Source: Planctomycetota bacterium (GTDB lineage: Bacteria; Planctomycetota; Planctomycetia; JALXBF01). Taken from it: a stretch of DNA of 64,000 nt. How positions within the stretch are numbered: position 1 is the stretch's first letter; each line of letters opens with the position of its first letter. Position numbers and translations under genes: made by a program. Of the stretch, positions 11,152-22,798 are shown piece by piece. The notes under the pieces are model-generated. The model ran no database searches. It was given only the letters and a program-made list of their open reading frames with translations, and had not been told where the DNA came from. Location: the NCBI GenBank assembly GCA_026991575.1, contig JALXBF010000027.1, forward strand, positions 1-64,000, in the 5' to 3' direction.

Positions 11152-14100
11152 ATGAGCGATTTGGGCTCGATTAGAGAGGCCATCCAACAGGTCGATTCCG
11201 TCCAGTCGGCAGCAAGTTTCTTCCAGGAACTCGGTTATCCCGTAATTCTGCCGCTGCCCGACCGCCTCCAGGAACTGCCGCGTGGCGCACGCCAGGGGAT
11301 CGACCGAATTCATCTCCTCGCTGAGTTGGGGAATGGGTCACCGTTGCGGATCTTTCATGTCGAGGTACGTGCAGCAACGATCCGGCGCACGGACGTACGG
11401 CGACTCCTGGAGGCGTTTTACCGGCACTATCCGCAGGGTGAGAACCTATTCGTTTTTGCGCCGAGCTCTCACGAGGAGATCGTGTTTGTTTCGCCAAGGC
11501 GCTTGCCGGATCCTAGAAAACCGGGAAAGGTCCGCCTCTGGCTGCGCATTCTCCCGGTTGACCGGCAAAGGCCGTGCCGCACAGACCTCGAGGTTCTGGA
11601 CCGGATACGCGCAGATGGCATCCGCGATCCTCAGGAGCTGTGGCGCCGCCACGAAGAGGCCTTCAGCGTCCAGCGCGTCACGGAGCAGTTCTTCCGGGAC
11701 TACGCCGAGGTCTTCGAGAAGATACGGAACCGACTGAGCAGGACACATCGCAGACACGACAACGCATGGTCTCGCGAGTACGCCCACCAGCTGCTCAACC
11801 GCATCATGTTTCTTTACTTCATTGCCCGCAAGGGTTGGCTCCTCGGCCCCGACGGCAGCCCCGACCGCCACTTCATGCGCCATTTCTGGGAGGCCTATCG
11901 GGACGCGCAGGAAGCGGGCCGTGCCGGCCGGGACACATTCCACAGCGAGTGGCTTCCTGTTCTGTTCTTCGAGGCCTTTAACAACAGGTGGAAGAACCGT
12001 CGCGAATACATGAGGCGTTTCCCGGAGTGGCTGCGCCGGTCACTAGCTCTCGCGCCCTTTCTGAACGGTGGGCTTTACACCGAGCGACACAACCTAGACG
12101 GTCTCCTGAAAAAGCCGCTGCCCGATGAGATCTTCGAACTGCTCTTCGACAAATGGACCGACGGCACCTTCCCCGGTCTGTTTGAGCGCTACAACTTCAC
12201 TGTCGTGGAGAGCGGCCGTTTCGACGAACAGGTCGCCGTTGATCCCGAGATGCTCGGCATGGTCTACGAGCGTCTTGTCAACATCAGCTACGAGTCAGGC
12301 GAAGACGATCTCCGTAGCGCCGCCGGCATCTTCTATACCCCGCGGACCGAAATCGATCTGATGTGTCGGCTGTCTCTGGTCGACTGGCTGGGTAACCACC
12401 TGGGCCCCCAGCACAAGAGCCTGCTGTATGAATGGGTGTTCGCGTTCACCGAAGAAGAGAAAGAGCACGCCGACGCGGCAGTCATGAAAGCGCGCCTCTG
12501 GGCGCGCCTGGATGAGCTCGTCCGCCAGGTCCGCGTCTGCGACCCTGCCTGCGGGTCAGGGGCTTTCCTGGTCGGCATGCTTCTGGTGCTCGATGACCTG
12601 CAAGCCCGTTGCAACGCCGCGCGCGGCGTGCAAGAATCACCGTACGAGCGCCGCAAACGCATTCTGCAGGACCAGCTCTACGGCGTCGATGTAATGGAGT
12701 GGGCGGTCAGGGTGGCCGAACTACGCCTGTGGTTACAACTGGTCGTCGAAACCGATATCCCAGAAAGCGAGCGTAAGTCCACGCCGCTCCTCCCTAATCT
12801 CGACTTGAAGCTCCGGCCGGGCGACAGCCTGGTCCAGACGGTCGGCGGCTTCGATCTGAGTCCCTTCCGACGCGCGGAATTCTCTTTACCCGGTGCGCTC
12901 AAGAGAAGAATCACGCAATTGAAACGCAAGAAGCAGCGATTCTTCCGCGGACAAAACCGTGAACTGGCGGAAGACATGCTCAGGCAGGAGGAACTTACCC
13001 TGTTTCGTGACATCCTCGCAGCGAAAGTGCACGAACTGGGTGAGCAGCTAAAGAAGGCGCGCAGGCACCTCGATAGCATCGGGGCCCAACGAGGCCTTCC
13101 TGGCATGGAGGCGGCTGACAGGGCAAGCGAGATCGCTGCACGCGAACGGCTCGAAGCGGGCATCCAGGAACTCACCGCCCAGCGGGAGCGCTACGAGCAG
13201 GCTCTCCGCAGCCTCCGACCCGACCAGCCCCCACCGTTCGTCTGGGACCTGGCCTTCGTGGAAATCTTCGCGGACGAGAATCCTGGCTTCGACATCGTCA
13301 TCGGCAACCCGCCATACGTGCGTCAGGAGCAGATTCGGGACTACCTCGAACGCTTTAATCGCTCGACGTACCTGAACCGGCTCAACGACGGCCTGCGCGC
13401 GATCTACCCCGGCTTTATGGGACCGACGCGTAGGATCAGCGGTCGCGCCGACTACTACGTGTACTTCTGCCTCCATGCACTCTCACTTGTCGCCAAAGGG
13501 GGCAGTTTCTGCTTCATCACCTCGAACTCCTGGCTGGACGTGAAGTTTGGAACAGTCCTCCAGGAGTTCTTCCTCCGTCACGGACATTTGAAGATGGTCA
13601 TCGACAACCGAGCCAAGCGGAGTTTTGCTCAGGCCGACGTGAACACCGTCATCGTGCTCGCCGGGCAACCGCAGCGGCGAACTCCGCTCACCGAGGACGA
13701 GATGAAGCAGCGCCGGGTGCGATTTGTCGCGTTCCGAGTGCCCTTCGAAGAAGCCATCAGCCCAGTTGTGTTCAGCGAGATCGAGGACGAGGCACTCTAT
13801 CAGCCGCTGGCGGGCTTTCGGGTGCTCAAGCGGCCGGAATATCGATCCGTCCTCTGGGACCAGCACGCCCTGTATCTTGACGGCACGGCCGCAGACCCCG
13901 GGCGGCGAATCGGCCTGCCTCCTTACGAGGGCAACAAGTGGGGCGGCAAATACCTGCGGGCGCCCGACATCTATTTCACAATCCTAGAGAAAGGCAAAGG
14001 CAAGTTCGTTCGTCTGGGAGACATCGCTAGAGTGCGGCGCGGATTCACGACCGGTGCCAACGACTTCTTCTACCTCGAGCCCGTGGGGCGAACGGTCAAG

Positions 14101-15009
14101 GACGTGGCCGAACTGCGAGAGAAGAATCCTATGGTACCCGTGCGAGTGAAAAACGAAGCCGGCTGGGAGGGCGAGATCGAGGCCGCCTGGCTCCGACCGG
14201 CCATCAAGTCCCCGCGCGAGATCCGCACCCTGCGTGTGCGACTGGACGACCTGCGCTACGTGGCCTTCATGCCGCCCCCGGATGTGCGGGAAGCCATTGA
14301 CGAACGGAAAAGCTCGGCACTTTCCCGTTATCCTAAGGCCGCTGCTTATATCCGCTGGGGCAAACGGCACGGCTACTCAGACGGGTCTACCTGTTCCAGC
14401 CGGCCGTGCTGGTGGGATCTGGGACAACGTGCTACTGCAGATGTTGTGTGGCCTATGATTCACAATGATCGATTAGTGTTGGCCATCCACGACCAGTCCG
14501 TTGTCGCAGATCATAATCTCTTCGAAATCACTTCACCGCATGGTGTCTCGTTAGTGTTTTCCCTATCTGCAACGTATCAGGCGATGGTCAGAGAACTCGT
14601 GGGGCGCGTCAACTTGGGCCAAGGGGCGATAAAGACCGACGGGGTAGACATAAAGCGTTTAATTACTGTCACCCCAGCATGCCTACCATTCTCCGCGCAG
14701 CGCCGTCTCCGCTCTGCCCTTGACCGTCTAGAAAACCGCCCCGTTCGGAGCATCTTTGAGGAGCTTGGCTTTACGCTATGCCCGGTGCGCCGGTGCGACC
14801 ATAGCGAACACCCCTACGAACATGTAAAGGCCGAGACCCTCACCCTCGAACAGGTGTGTCGCACATCGCCGGACCGTTACGAGCTCGATTGCGTCATCTT
14901 CGACGTGCTGGGCCTGACGGATGAGGAGCGCCTGGCGGTTTACCGTGCCGTCGTCGAGCTGGTCAAGGACCGACTGGTCAAGGCGAGGAGCGTGAAGCAG
15001 AGGTCGTGA
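11152..15009 (+). CDS. Eco57I/TaqI-like N6-adenine DNA methyltransferase with C-terminal target-recognition region
   Basis: DPEMLGMVYE, GIFYTP, DPACGSGAFL, FDIVIGNPPY motifs; ATG at 11152 with GGAGG RBS. Confidence 0.92.
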   Translation: MSDLGSIREAIQQVDSVQSAASFFQELGYPVILPLPDRLQELPRGARQGIDRIHLLAELGNGSPLRIFHVEVRAATIRRTDVRRLLEAFYRHYPQGENLFVFAPSSHEEIVFVSPRRLPDPRKPGKVRLWLRILPVDRQRPCRTDLEVLDRIRADGIRDPQELWRRHEEAFSVQRVTEQFFRDYAEVFEKIRNRLSRTHRRHDNAWSREYAHQLLNRIMFLYFIARKGWLLGPDGSPDRHFMRHFWEAYRDAQEAGRAGRDTFHSEWLPVLFFEAFNNRWKNRREYMRRFPEWLRRSLALAPFLNGGLYTERHNLDGLLKKPLPDEIFELLFDKWTDGTFPGLFERYNFTVVESGRFDEQVAVDPEMLGMVYERLVNISYESGEDDLRSAAGIFYTPRTEIDLMCRLSLVDWLGNHLGPQHKSLLYEWVFAFTEEEKEHADAAVMKARLWARLDELVRQVRVCDPACGSGAFLVGMLLVLDDLQARCNAARGVQESPYERRKRILQDQLYGVDVMEWAVRVAELRLWLQLVVETDIPESERKSTPLLPNLDLKLRPGDSLVQTVGGFDLSPFRRAEFSLPGALKRRITQLKRKKQRFFRGQNRELAEDMLRQEELTLFRDILAAKVHELGEQLKKARRHLDSIGAQRGLPGMEAADRASEIAARERLEAGIQELTAQRERYEQALRSLRPDQPPPFVWDLAFVEIFADENPGFDIVIGNPPYVRQEQIRDYLERFNRSTYLNRLNDGLRAIYPGFMGPTRRISGRADYYVYFCLHALSLVAKGGSFCFITSNSWLDVKFGTVLQEFFLRHGHLKMVIDNRAKRSFAQADVNTVIVLAGQPQRRTPLTEDEMKQRRVRFVAFRVPFEEAISPVVFSEIEDEALYQPLAGFRVLKRPEYRSVLWDQHALYLDGTAADPGRRIGLPPYEGNKWGGKYLRAPDIYFTILEKGKGKFVRLGDIARVRRGFTTGANDFFYLEPVGRTVKDVAELREKNPMVPVRVKNEAGWEGEIEAAWLRPAIKSPREIRTLRVRLDDLRYVAFMPPPDVREAIDERKSSALSRYPKAAAYIRWGKRHGYSDGSTCSSRPCWWDLGQRATADVVWPMIHNDRLVLAIHDQSVVADHNLFEITSPHGVSLVFSLSATYQAMVRELVGRVNLGQGAIKTDGVDIKRLITVTPACLPFSAQRRLRSALDRLENRPVRSIFEELGFTLCPVRRCDHSEHPYEHVKAETLTLEQVCRTSPDRYELDCVIFDVLGLTDEERLAVYRAVVELVKDRLVKARSVKQRS

Positions 15010-18000
15010 TGCGAGGCATCCCTGATCTGATCGACAACCGCAAACGCAAACTCGCCGAGGTCCTGCGAGGCCTTCTGGAACAGAGCCATCAGGCGCAGCT
15101 GGATGTGGTCACCGCATTCTTCAACCTCAAGGCACTGGAAGTCATCCAGGTGAAAACGGACGCCGTGAAGCACCTCCGGCTGCTGCTGGGCAAGGAACAG
15201 GACCGGGAGTTCGTCGTCGGCCAGCGTCTGCTCGTCGAACTTGAGGACGCTGCCTCACACGGCCAGACAACCCAGTCCGAGATCGCCCGCTGGCGGGACT
15301 TCCTGTCCGGAGAGCATGTCGAGGTCCGCTGGTACGCCCAGGCTTTCTGCCACGGCAAGGCGTACATCGTTCGCGGCGTGCCAGCGCTGGGGGCAGTGGG
15401 GATCGTCGGGTCGTCCAACTTCACTGGCGCGGGGATGACCACCAACCTGGAACTGAACGCCGTGCTGAAGCAGACCGCAGCAGTCAACGAACTCCAGGCG
15501 TGGTTCGACGGCCTCTGGAGCGAAGCCCAGGACTACAAGGCCGAACTGCTCGAGCTGCTGGAGCGCTTCACTCGCACATACAGGCCGTACGAGATCTACA
15601 TGAAGGTCATTTACGAGGCGCTGCGGGACAAGCTTGAGCAGGAACTCGCCGAGCACGACGAGAAGCCTTCGCCGATCGCCTTGGCTGACTTTCAGCACGA
15701 TGGGTACCTGGCAGCCCGGGAGATTCTGGAGAACTACGGGGGCGTGCTGATTTCGGACTCCGTGGGGCTAGGCAAGACCTACCTGGCCCTGCGGCTGCTC
15801 GACGACTACGCCTACCGCGAACGCCAGACAGCGCTAGTCGTGTGTCCGGCGGCCGTCGCCGAAACGATTTGGCGGCCACTTCTTCGCCAGCACGCTATCC
15901 CGCATGAAGTGGTATCGATCGAGCGGATCAGCCGACGCGACTTTCCCGTGGAGCACTACACCCGCTTTCGGGTGATCGTCATCGACGAGAGCCACAACTT
16001 TCGCAACCCTGATACCAACCGCTGGCCGAACCTGTTTCGTATCATCACGCAGGGCGATCCCGAGAAGAGGGTGGTCTTGCTGACCGCCACACCCGTCAAC
16101 AACACGATCTTCGACCTGTATCACCAACTGTCCCTGATTACGCGGGCGGACCGCAAGGCCCTGCTCGCTGCGGGCATCCCCGACCTGTGGGAGTACTTTC
16201 GCCGGGCCGAACAGAACAAGGACTCGCTATATGAAGTGCTGGAGGCCCTCGCGGTTCGGCGCAGTCGTCAGTTCATCCGCGAGCACTATCCCGACGCCGA
16301 GATTGACGGGCAGCGAATCTACTTTCCCGAACGCAAACTGCACACCGTTAGCTACAGCCTCAAGCGGACCTATGGAGCCGAACTCTATGGGACACTAGCT
16401 CGCATGATTGAAGGCTTGCTCTTGGCGCCCTACCAGGTGGACACCTACCGAAAGGACATCATGGAGGCCCGTAAGGCACACATCAAGGAATTGACCACTT
16501 TTGAGGCTGCAGAAGAGCAAAGCGCCGGCGCGGTGCAACGGATTCAGGACGCTCTGGGATGGTCCAGAGAAGAGGCCCACCAGTTCCTTATGGCGGTGGG
16601 CCGTCAGGTGGCTTTGGCACACATCATGCGGGTCCTGTACCTCAAACGACTCGAATCGTCTATCGAGGCACTGCGCGTGTCTCTGGAGCGTTTGCTCAGG
16701 TTCCTTGAGCTGTTCTCGCAGGCACTGGACGAGGGTAGGCTGCTCCAGAGTCAGGACTATCGCAGATGGCTTCAAGCTGAAACCTCTGATGACGCCGAAT
16801 TGGCAGAGCCCCTCGATCTGGAACACTTCGTCGCTTCTCTGCCAGAACTTCCGGCGGAGCGATACGACGTTAAATCCCTCCGTGCCGCCGTGTGGGCAGA
16901 CCTCCACGCGCTCCGAGGCGTGCTGGCAGAGCTAAAACGCGAACATCCCGACGATAAGTTGGAGGAGCTGAAGAACCTCCTCGTTTCTCCTGACTTGACC
17001 GGCAGGAAAGTCGTGGTGTTCGCCCATTTCAAAGACACGGCAAGGTACGTATACCGAGCCCTCATGAAGGACGATGCTTTTCTTCGTCGCCTGGGACATC
17101 GGCGGCTGGCAGTCGTGGACAGCGGCGTGAAGCCCCCTGAGCGCAACGATCGCATCTTGCGCTTTGCTCCAAGGGCTAATGGCAGGCCCGACCTACCGCT
17201 AAGCAACCAGATCGATCTGCTTGTGAGCACGGATGTGCTCTCCGAAGGTCAGAACCTGCAGGACGCCGAGGTCGTGGTGAACTATGACCTGCATTGGAAC
17301 CCAGTGCGCATGGTTCAGCGTGTGGGGCGCCTGGACCGCATTGGGTCGCCGCACGACATGATTCACGTCTACAACTTCTTCCCTGAGGAGGAATTGGAAC
17401 AGATCCTTGGGCTCCTGAACCGACTGCGCGAGAAACTGGACGCGATCAATCGCACCGTGGGCCTAGACGCGTCGGTACTCGGAGAAACGCCAAACCCGAT
17501 GGACTTCAATATGTTGCGTCGGATCGCTCGTGAAGAAGTCGAAACTCTCGACGAGCTGGAGGCAGAGAGCGAGCTCACGATCGGTGAGTTCCTCAAGCAG
17601 GATCTGCTGCGTTTCCTGAAGGAAGTTGGCGAAAACGAGCTGAAGCGCATACCGCTAGGCATAGGAACGGCGCGGAAACGCCGGGTGGGCCCTTCGGGGT
17701 TTTTTGCTGCATTCCGCAACCCGCTGACGAATCAGCACCACTGGCTCTTCCTCGACGAGCAGAGGGGCCGTATCGTCGATGGGCGACTTCAGGCGATTCG
17801 GTTCGTCCGATGCGGCCCAGAAGAGGACGCAGAGCCTCTGCCTGAAGACTTCGACCCGCGGCCAGTGCTCCAGAGGTTGCGCAGACACCTTTGGAACCAG
17901 ATTCGGCGTGCCCAGATGGCGATCGGTACCCTGCCAGCCCCCCAGCGCCAGATCGTAAACTGGCTCCACGCGCTACCACCAGCCGCCAACAGGAACCGCC

Positions 18001-18227
18001 TGCTGGAGTATTTCGAAGCTCGCGCGCTGACAGGACCTGACCTGAAGGAACTGCGGCGCTTGTGGCGGGACCGGTCATCCCTGCGCGAGGACGAGTGGCT
18101 GAACCGGCTAGCTCGTTTTATGCAGGAACACCCGCATCCGCCTGCAAGTGGTACCAACAAGCAGAATGTGGTGGCACCCCAAAGTGAAGAGGAGCTCGAG
18201 TGCGTCGCATGGATAAAAGTGGTTTGA
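15006..18227 (+). CDS. PLD-nuclease + SNF2-like helicase (restriction-type subunit)
   Basis: HGKAY...GSSNFT (PLD), DSVGLGKT, IDESHNFRN, LTATP, SEGQNLQDA...QRVGRLDRIG; start overlaps the MTase stop. Confidence 0.9.
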   Translation: MMRGIPDLIDNRKRKLAEVLRGLLEQSHQAQLDVVTAFFNLKALEVIQVKTDAVKHLRLLLGKEQDREFVVGQRLLVELEDAASHGQTTQSEIARWRDFLSGEHVEVRWYAQAFCHGKAYIVRGVPALGAVGIVGSSNFTGAGMTTNLELNAVLKQTAAVNELQAWFDGLWSEAQDYKAELLELLERFTRTYRPYEIYMKVIYEALRDKLEQELAEHDEKPSPIALADFQHDGYLAAREILENYGGVLISDSVGLGKTYLALRLLDDYAYRERQTALVVCPAAVAETIWRPLLRQHAIPHEVVSIERISRRDFPVEHYTRFRVIVIDESHNFRNPDTNRWPNLFRIITQGDPEKRVVLLTATPVNNTIFDLYHQLSLITRADRKALLAAGIPDLWEYFRRAEQNKDSLYEVLEALAVRRSRQFIREHYPDAEIDGQRIYFPERKLHTVSYSLKRTYGAELYGTLARMIEGLLLAPYQVDTYRKDIMEARKAHIKELTTFEAAEEQSAGAVQRIQDALGWSREEAHQFLMAVGRQVALAHIMRVLYLKRLESSIEALRVSLERLLRFLELFSQALDEGRLLQSQDYRRWLQAETSDDAELAEPLDLEHFVASLPELPAERYDVKSLRAAVWADLHALRGVLAELKREHPDDKLEELKNLLVSPDLTGRKVVVFAHFKDTARYVYRALMKDDAFLRRLGHRRLAVVDSGVKPPERNDRILRFAPRANGRPDLPLSNQIDLLVSTDVLSEGQNLQDAEVVVNYDLHWNPVRMVQRVGRLDRIGSPHDMIHVYNFFPEEELEQILGLLNRLREKLDAINRTVGLDASVLGETPNPMDFNMLRRIAREEVETLDELEAESELTIGEFLKQDLLRFLKEVGENELKRIPLGIGTARKRRVGPSGFFAAFRNPLTNQHHWLFLDEQRGRIVDGRLQAIRFVRCGPEEDAEPLPEDFDPRPVLQRLRRHLWNQIRRAQMAIGTLPAPQRQIVNWLHALPPAANRNRLLEYFEARALTGPDLKELRRLWRDRSSLREDEWLNRLARFMQEHPHPPASGTNKQNVVAPQSEEELECVAWIKVV

Positions 18228-19161
18228 ACTCAACTTTTGCGGTTTCTGAACGTCACGTGGCGATGCTTAGTACGGTGAGCGTGGGACGTAGGAATGATGA
18301 GGGTAATTTGTGCAAGTGGGGTGCGAGGGGGTTATTTGGAAAAATGCAGTGTTCCCAGATGTGGGTCCGAACGACGGAGAGCATCTCGGAGAAGCAGATG
18401 GTCTTCTTCCCCTGCCAACTGATAACCGGTTCGGCGCCTTGTTTTGTGGAACGAAGGCGCCCGTAAATGAGGAAGACAATGGAGTAGAGGCCGAATAGCA
18501 AGGGAGTAGCGCGGAAGACGGACCTGGCGAGGCGACAGCGCAGGGTTTCTGGCCGGAAGTAGGTCTTGACCTCCTGGAAGGTGGTTTCGATGTTCCAGCG
18601 GCCGGTGTAGATGGAGACGATCTCTTCGGGGGAGAGATTCGGATCGGTACAGAAGAGGTACTCATCGCGGTGGGTGCCGTCGAGATCCCTGACGTGCACC
18701 CAACGCATCGGTACCAGAGCCTGACCACGCCGATACCAGAGGCCGGTGGTGCTCAGCAGGGCAACGCGGCGTGTGTTTCCACCGTACTACGACACGGTGG
18801 CCGTGCGAGCCTTGCTCCGATGAGCCTGGACAAAGTCGACAGGCCGGGGCAGTCGCTGGCCTAGCTTGCGTGGCCGACCGCGGCGTCGCTGAGAACGGGC
18901 AGGCGGAGCCGCATAGAGCAGGCAGCGTGGATGGCATTTGCCGACCAGGGTGAGGTGGTCGGCGTGACGCACTGCGAAGCGGGCGAGCAAGTGCGTGCTG
19001 AAGCCGCCGTCGACGGCCAGAGTGAAGCGAACTCCTGGCAGCCACCTAAACCATACTTTCGCAGCTGTTAGCAGGTCAATTCTTGCGAATTCTTGAGCCT
19101 AGGGCACTCTGGGCAGCAAATCTGCGCTTTTTTGTGCAACATTTGTAGCCAGAATAGGCAC

Positions 19162-19190
19162 TTGCCATGTGCCGCAACAATGCGTATAAT
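19162..19190 (+). promoter_or_regulatory. Sigma70-type promoter of the IS1634 transposase
   Basis: TTGCCA-N17-TATAAT. Confidence 0.7.
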
Positions 19191-19217
19191 CCAGCGTGGG
19201 TGCGATTGGAGACATCT

Positions 19218-20969
19218 ATGTACGTGGACAGAGTTAAGAAGCGAGTCGGCGACAAAGTCTACTGCTCCGTCCTGATCCGCGAGAGCTACCGGGACGAGAG
19301 CGGAAAAGTCCAGCACCGCACCCTTGCCACCCTGACCAAACTGCCCCCACCGGTCATCGACTTGGTCGAGCGGTACCTGAAGGGGGAGCTGCAGCTGGTT
19401 GACAATGGCGTCATCGTGATTCAGTACAGCCTGCCCCACGGCCACGTGCTGGCCGTGCTGGGGACCATCCGGAAGCTGGGTTTGGCGAAGCTGATGGATC
19501 CGCGGCCATCACGGCAACGCAAGCTCGTCGTGGCGATGATCTGCGGGCAGATTCTGTGGGGGAGTTCGAAGCTAGCGTTGGCGCGGAGGCTTTCTGAGGA
19601 GAGTGCGTGCAGCACGTTGGGCCTGGAGCTGCGGCTGGGGAAAGTGAGTCGTGACGAGCTGTACCGGGCGATGGACTGGCTGCTGCGTCGCCAGGAGAAG
19701 ATCCAGCAGGGGCTGGCAGCCAGGCATCTGAAAGGTCAGACACTGCTGCTTTACGACGTAACCAGTGCGTACTACACGGGTCGGGAGTCGGAGTTGGTGC
19801 GGTACGGCTACAACCGGGACGGGAAGAGAAGGCACCCACAGATTGTGTACGGATTGCTGTGCGATCGATCGGGGTGTCCGATCGCGGTGGAGGTGTTTGC
19901 GGGGAACACGGCGGATCCGACGACGCTGTCGTCGCAGATAGAGCGGATCCGGGAGCGATTTGGGATCGAGCGGGTGGTGTTGGTGGGGGATCGCGGGCTG
20001 ATCACCAGTCGACGGATCGAAGAGGAACTCCGGGACGTGGAGGGGCTGGATTGGCTGACTGCGTTGCGTGCCGATACGATCCGGAAGCTGGCCCGGCAGG
20101 GCAGGATTGAGCGTTCGCTGTTTGACGAGAAAGACCTGGCGGAGATCCGCTCACCGGATTTTCCGGGGGAGCGATTGATTGTGTGTCGCAATCCGTTTCT
20201 GGCCGATGAGCGTGCGCGGAAGCGGGAGGAATTGCTGAAGCGTACGGAACGTGACCTGGAACGGATTGCGGCGGCGACCCGTCGGTCACGGCGTCCGCTG
20301 CGTGACCGGATGAAGATCGTGGAGCGGGTCGGACGAGTGCTGGGGCGAAGCAAAGTGGCGAAGCACTTCTGTTGGGAGATTACCGAGGAGGGGGTGCTCC
20401 GCTACTGGCGTAACGAGGCATCGATCGAGGCGGAAGCTGCTCTGGATGGCATCTACGTGATTCGCACGTCCGTACCCGAAGAGAAGCTGGACGCCCCGGA
20501 GGCGGTGGCTGCGTACAAGCAACTGAGTCGGGTGGAGTGGGCGTTCCGCGCGATGAAAACCGTTTTGGACGTGCGTCCGATCCGGCATTGGCGTTCGCCG
20601 CGGATTCGGGCCCACGTGTTCCTGTGCATGCTGGCCTACTACGTACGCTGGCACATGGAGCAAGCGTGGGCGCCGTTGTTGTTCGTGGATCACGAACGTC
20701 AACAGGACGAATCGCAGCGTCGCAGCGTAGTGGATCGTGCACCACGTTCGGAGGCGGCACGCAAGAAGGAGGCACGTGGTCGCACAGTGGATGGGCAGCC
20801 GGTTCATTGCTTCCGGACGCTACTGGACCATCTTGCAACTCTGTGCCGCAACCGCGTGCAGGCAGGTGAGAATCCGGAGCACAGTTTCTGGTTGGACACC
20901 TCGCCAACGCCTCTCCAGGCGAAAGCCCTCCAGCTCCTTGGCATCCGCACCACCACCCCTAAACGCTGA
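19218..20969 (+). CDS. IS1634-family DDE transposase
   Basis: LIRESYR, LYDVTSAY, GYNRDGKR, VGDRGL, VEWAFRAMK, RIRAHVFLCMLAY. Confidence 0.92.
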   Translation: MYVDRVKKRVGDKVYCSVLIRESYRDESGKVQHRTLATLTKLPPPVIDLVERYLKGELQLVDNGVIVIQYSLPHGHVLAVLGTIRKLGLAKLMDPRPSRQRKLVVAMICGQILWGSSKLALARRLSEESACSTLGLELRLGKVSRDELYRAMDWLLRRQEKIQQGLAARHLKGQTLLLYDVTSAYYTGRESELVRYGYNRDGKRRHPQIVYGLLCDRSGCPIAVEVFAGNTADPTTLSSQIERIRERFGIERVVLVGDRGLITSRRIEEELRDVEGLDWLTALRADTIRKLARQGRIERSLFDEKDLAEIRSPDFPGERLIVCRNPFLADERARKREELLKRTERDLERIAAATRRSRRPLRDRMKIVERVGRVLGRSKVAKHFCWEITEEGVLRYWRNEASIEAEAALDGIYVIRTSVPEEKLDAPEAVAAYKQLSRVEWAFRAMKTVLDVRPIRHWRSPRIRAHVFLCMLAYYVRWHMEQAWAPLLFVDHERQQDESQRRSVVDRAPRSEAARKKEARGRTVDGQPVHCFRTLLDHLATLCRNRVQAGENPEHSFWLDTSPTPLQAKALQLLGIRTTTPKR

Positions 20970-22798
20970 CCGGTAGCCAGAAACACACCGCCAGATTCGC
21001 CATAACCCATTGACGCGACTTGTCATGTCGCCCACCCTCTGCGAAAGTATGGCCTAAAAACCCTGTACAACAGGACGATCGCCAGCTCGCTGGGACTGCG
21101 GTACTTCCGGCCCAGGGCTCCGCATAGGTCCTTGGGCAGGTACAAAGCCACGGCAAGCGGTAAGGCAAGCTTGCGGGTGGTCCAGGGCACAGGTACCAGA
21201 AGGGCCAACACGATCCAGCGGTGCCCGTAGACGGTTACCGTGTGTGACTGCGAAGAGCGGACCCCGTCGCGATGGCGTCCCTTGCCCCAAACATGTTTGC
21301 CGCGGTGTTCTACGGTCGTGTCATCCAGAACAAGCTCGAGCACACCCACCTTGGCCCGGAACGTCTTGACCAGCTGCCTGGCCAAGACGCCGCCCACCAC
21401 CCATAACTTCCACGGAGCCTCCGACAGGAACCGGCAAAAGTTGCAGAGGTGCAAGTCAGCGATCGGCTCGATGGTCCGGACGATGTTTGCCACCGTGCGT
21501 CGTCCGTTGCATACAATAGCACCGAGCAGCAGGAAGATGAACCGACGGAACGACCGCTCGGTGAAGGCAACCGCGAAGGGCTCAACGACGCTGACGAGCG
21601 AGTTGCTGAGGCGCATCTTTGCCCTCCCTGGCTGGTGGTTTCGGTTTTGTCACCGAGGCCCAGGTGGCCTCACTCACAGTGAATCCTACCGCCAGGGAGG
21701 TTTTTTGTCCCCCTCTGCTGCCCCAAGAACTGGCTGCCTCAGCCCCTACCACGCCCACGCCGGATGACAAAAACCGCAAAAGTCGAGCTAAACGACTTCC
21801 CTTGTGTCGTACGCAGTCACAACGTCCGATGAGCGTGGTTTCCTTTGCCATGGATCGCGGCGAAAGCGTATGGTGTTAGAACGTGATCGGTGTGAAAAGT
21901 ACCTCTTGGCACGTGCCATAAGGCTTGCCATGTTATCCTGAGAGTGCAAAACGGTCACTTCATTGTGGAAGGCCTGCCACTCCCTTTCGACCGGGTTCGC
22001 ATTCGGACAGAACGGTGGCAAGAACCAAGACTTGAATCCAACCGGCTTCCGAGCAAGGTACATTTGCACCGGCTTCGATTTGTGGATCGCAGCATTGTCC
22101 AGCACAATGTGGATCCGGCGCTTGTCCGCACACACCCGGTCCGAACGTTTCAGCAGCGATAGAAACAAGTCACTGTTCTTCCGTGCTCGCCACGTGGCAA
22201 TCAGCCGCCGAGTGCCATGCTCCAACGCCAACGCACCATAGGCCCGTTGGTCCGTACCAGGCGTCCGCACCCGACGCCGATGACCACGCAGACACCAGTC
22301 GTAGCCCATCTTCGGATTCAGATGCACCTCACTCTCATCAGCAAACACCACCACTTCGTCCGGTCCCAGCCGCCGCACTTGCTCGGCAATGTACCGTAAC
22401 CGGCGTACTGCACGCTCCTTAGGCCATGGACTCTCAACGTATGGCCGAGCACGGAGCCACCGAATGCCAAGCTCCCGCAAGTAACGGCACATCGTCGACA
22501 CAGACAACCGCAATCCCATGCGGTCCTCTACCAGACGCACCAGCCGCTGCAGCGTCCAGTGGTTCCACCCGTAGCCGAACGCACTCGGCTCCAAGCGCAC
22601 CGCCCTCCTCAGCAGCTCCGCCAGCTCGGGCGTCAGGTGCGGTGGTCCTTTCCTCCGAAAACGAGCATCGGACAACGCCTCCAGACCGCTCTCGATGAAC
22701 CGCTGCGTCGCCACCCGTACAAAACGGTCACTGCACCTCAGTCGGCGTGCCGCTGCCCGGCACTTCTGATCTTGCATACAATACTTGATTGCCCGGGC

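Larger units (their letters stand above)
19051..21052 (+). mobile_element. IS1634-family element, apparently intact
   Basis: 14-bp perfect IR ccatactttcgcag; 6-bp TSD cctaaa (19045-19050, 21053-21058). Confidence 0.92.
18229..21787 (-). mobile_element. IS701-like element; transposase (21616->18253) split by IS1634 and carrying an internal TAG
   Basis: IRs ctcaacttttgcggttt (18229) / aaaccgcaaaagtcgag (21771-21787); LDDTT, VDGGF, RWNIETTFQEVK motifs across the fragments; stop at ~18787. Confidence 0.8.

Noticed and set aside
11137..18227. Calling the locus DISARM or BREX
   Set aside because: drmA/drmB and pglZ/brxC are not present in the window.
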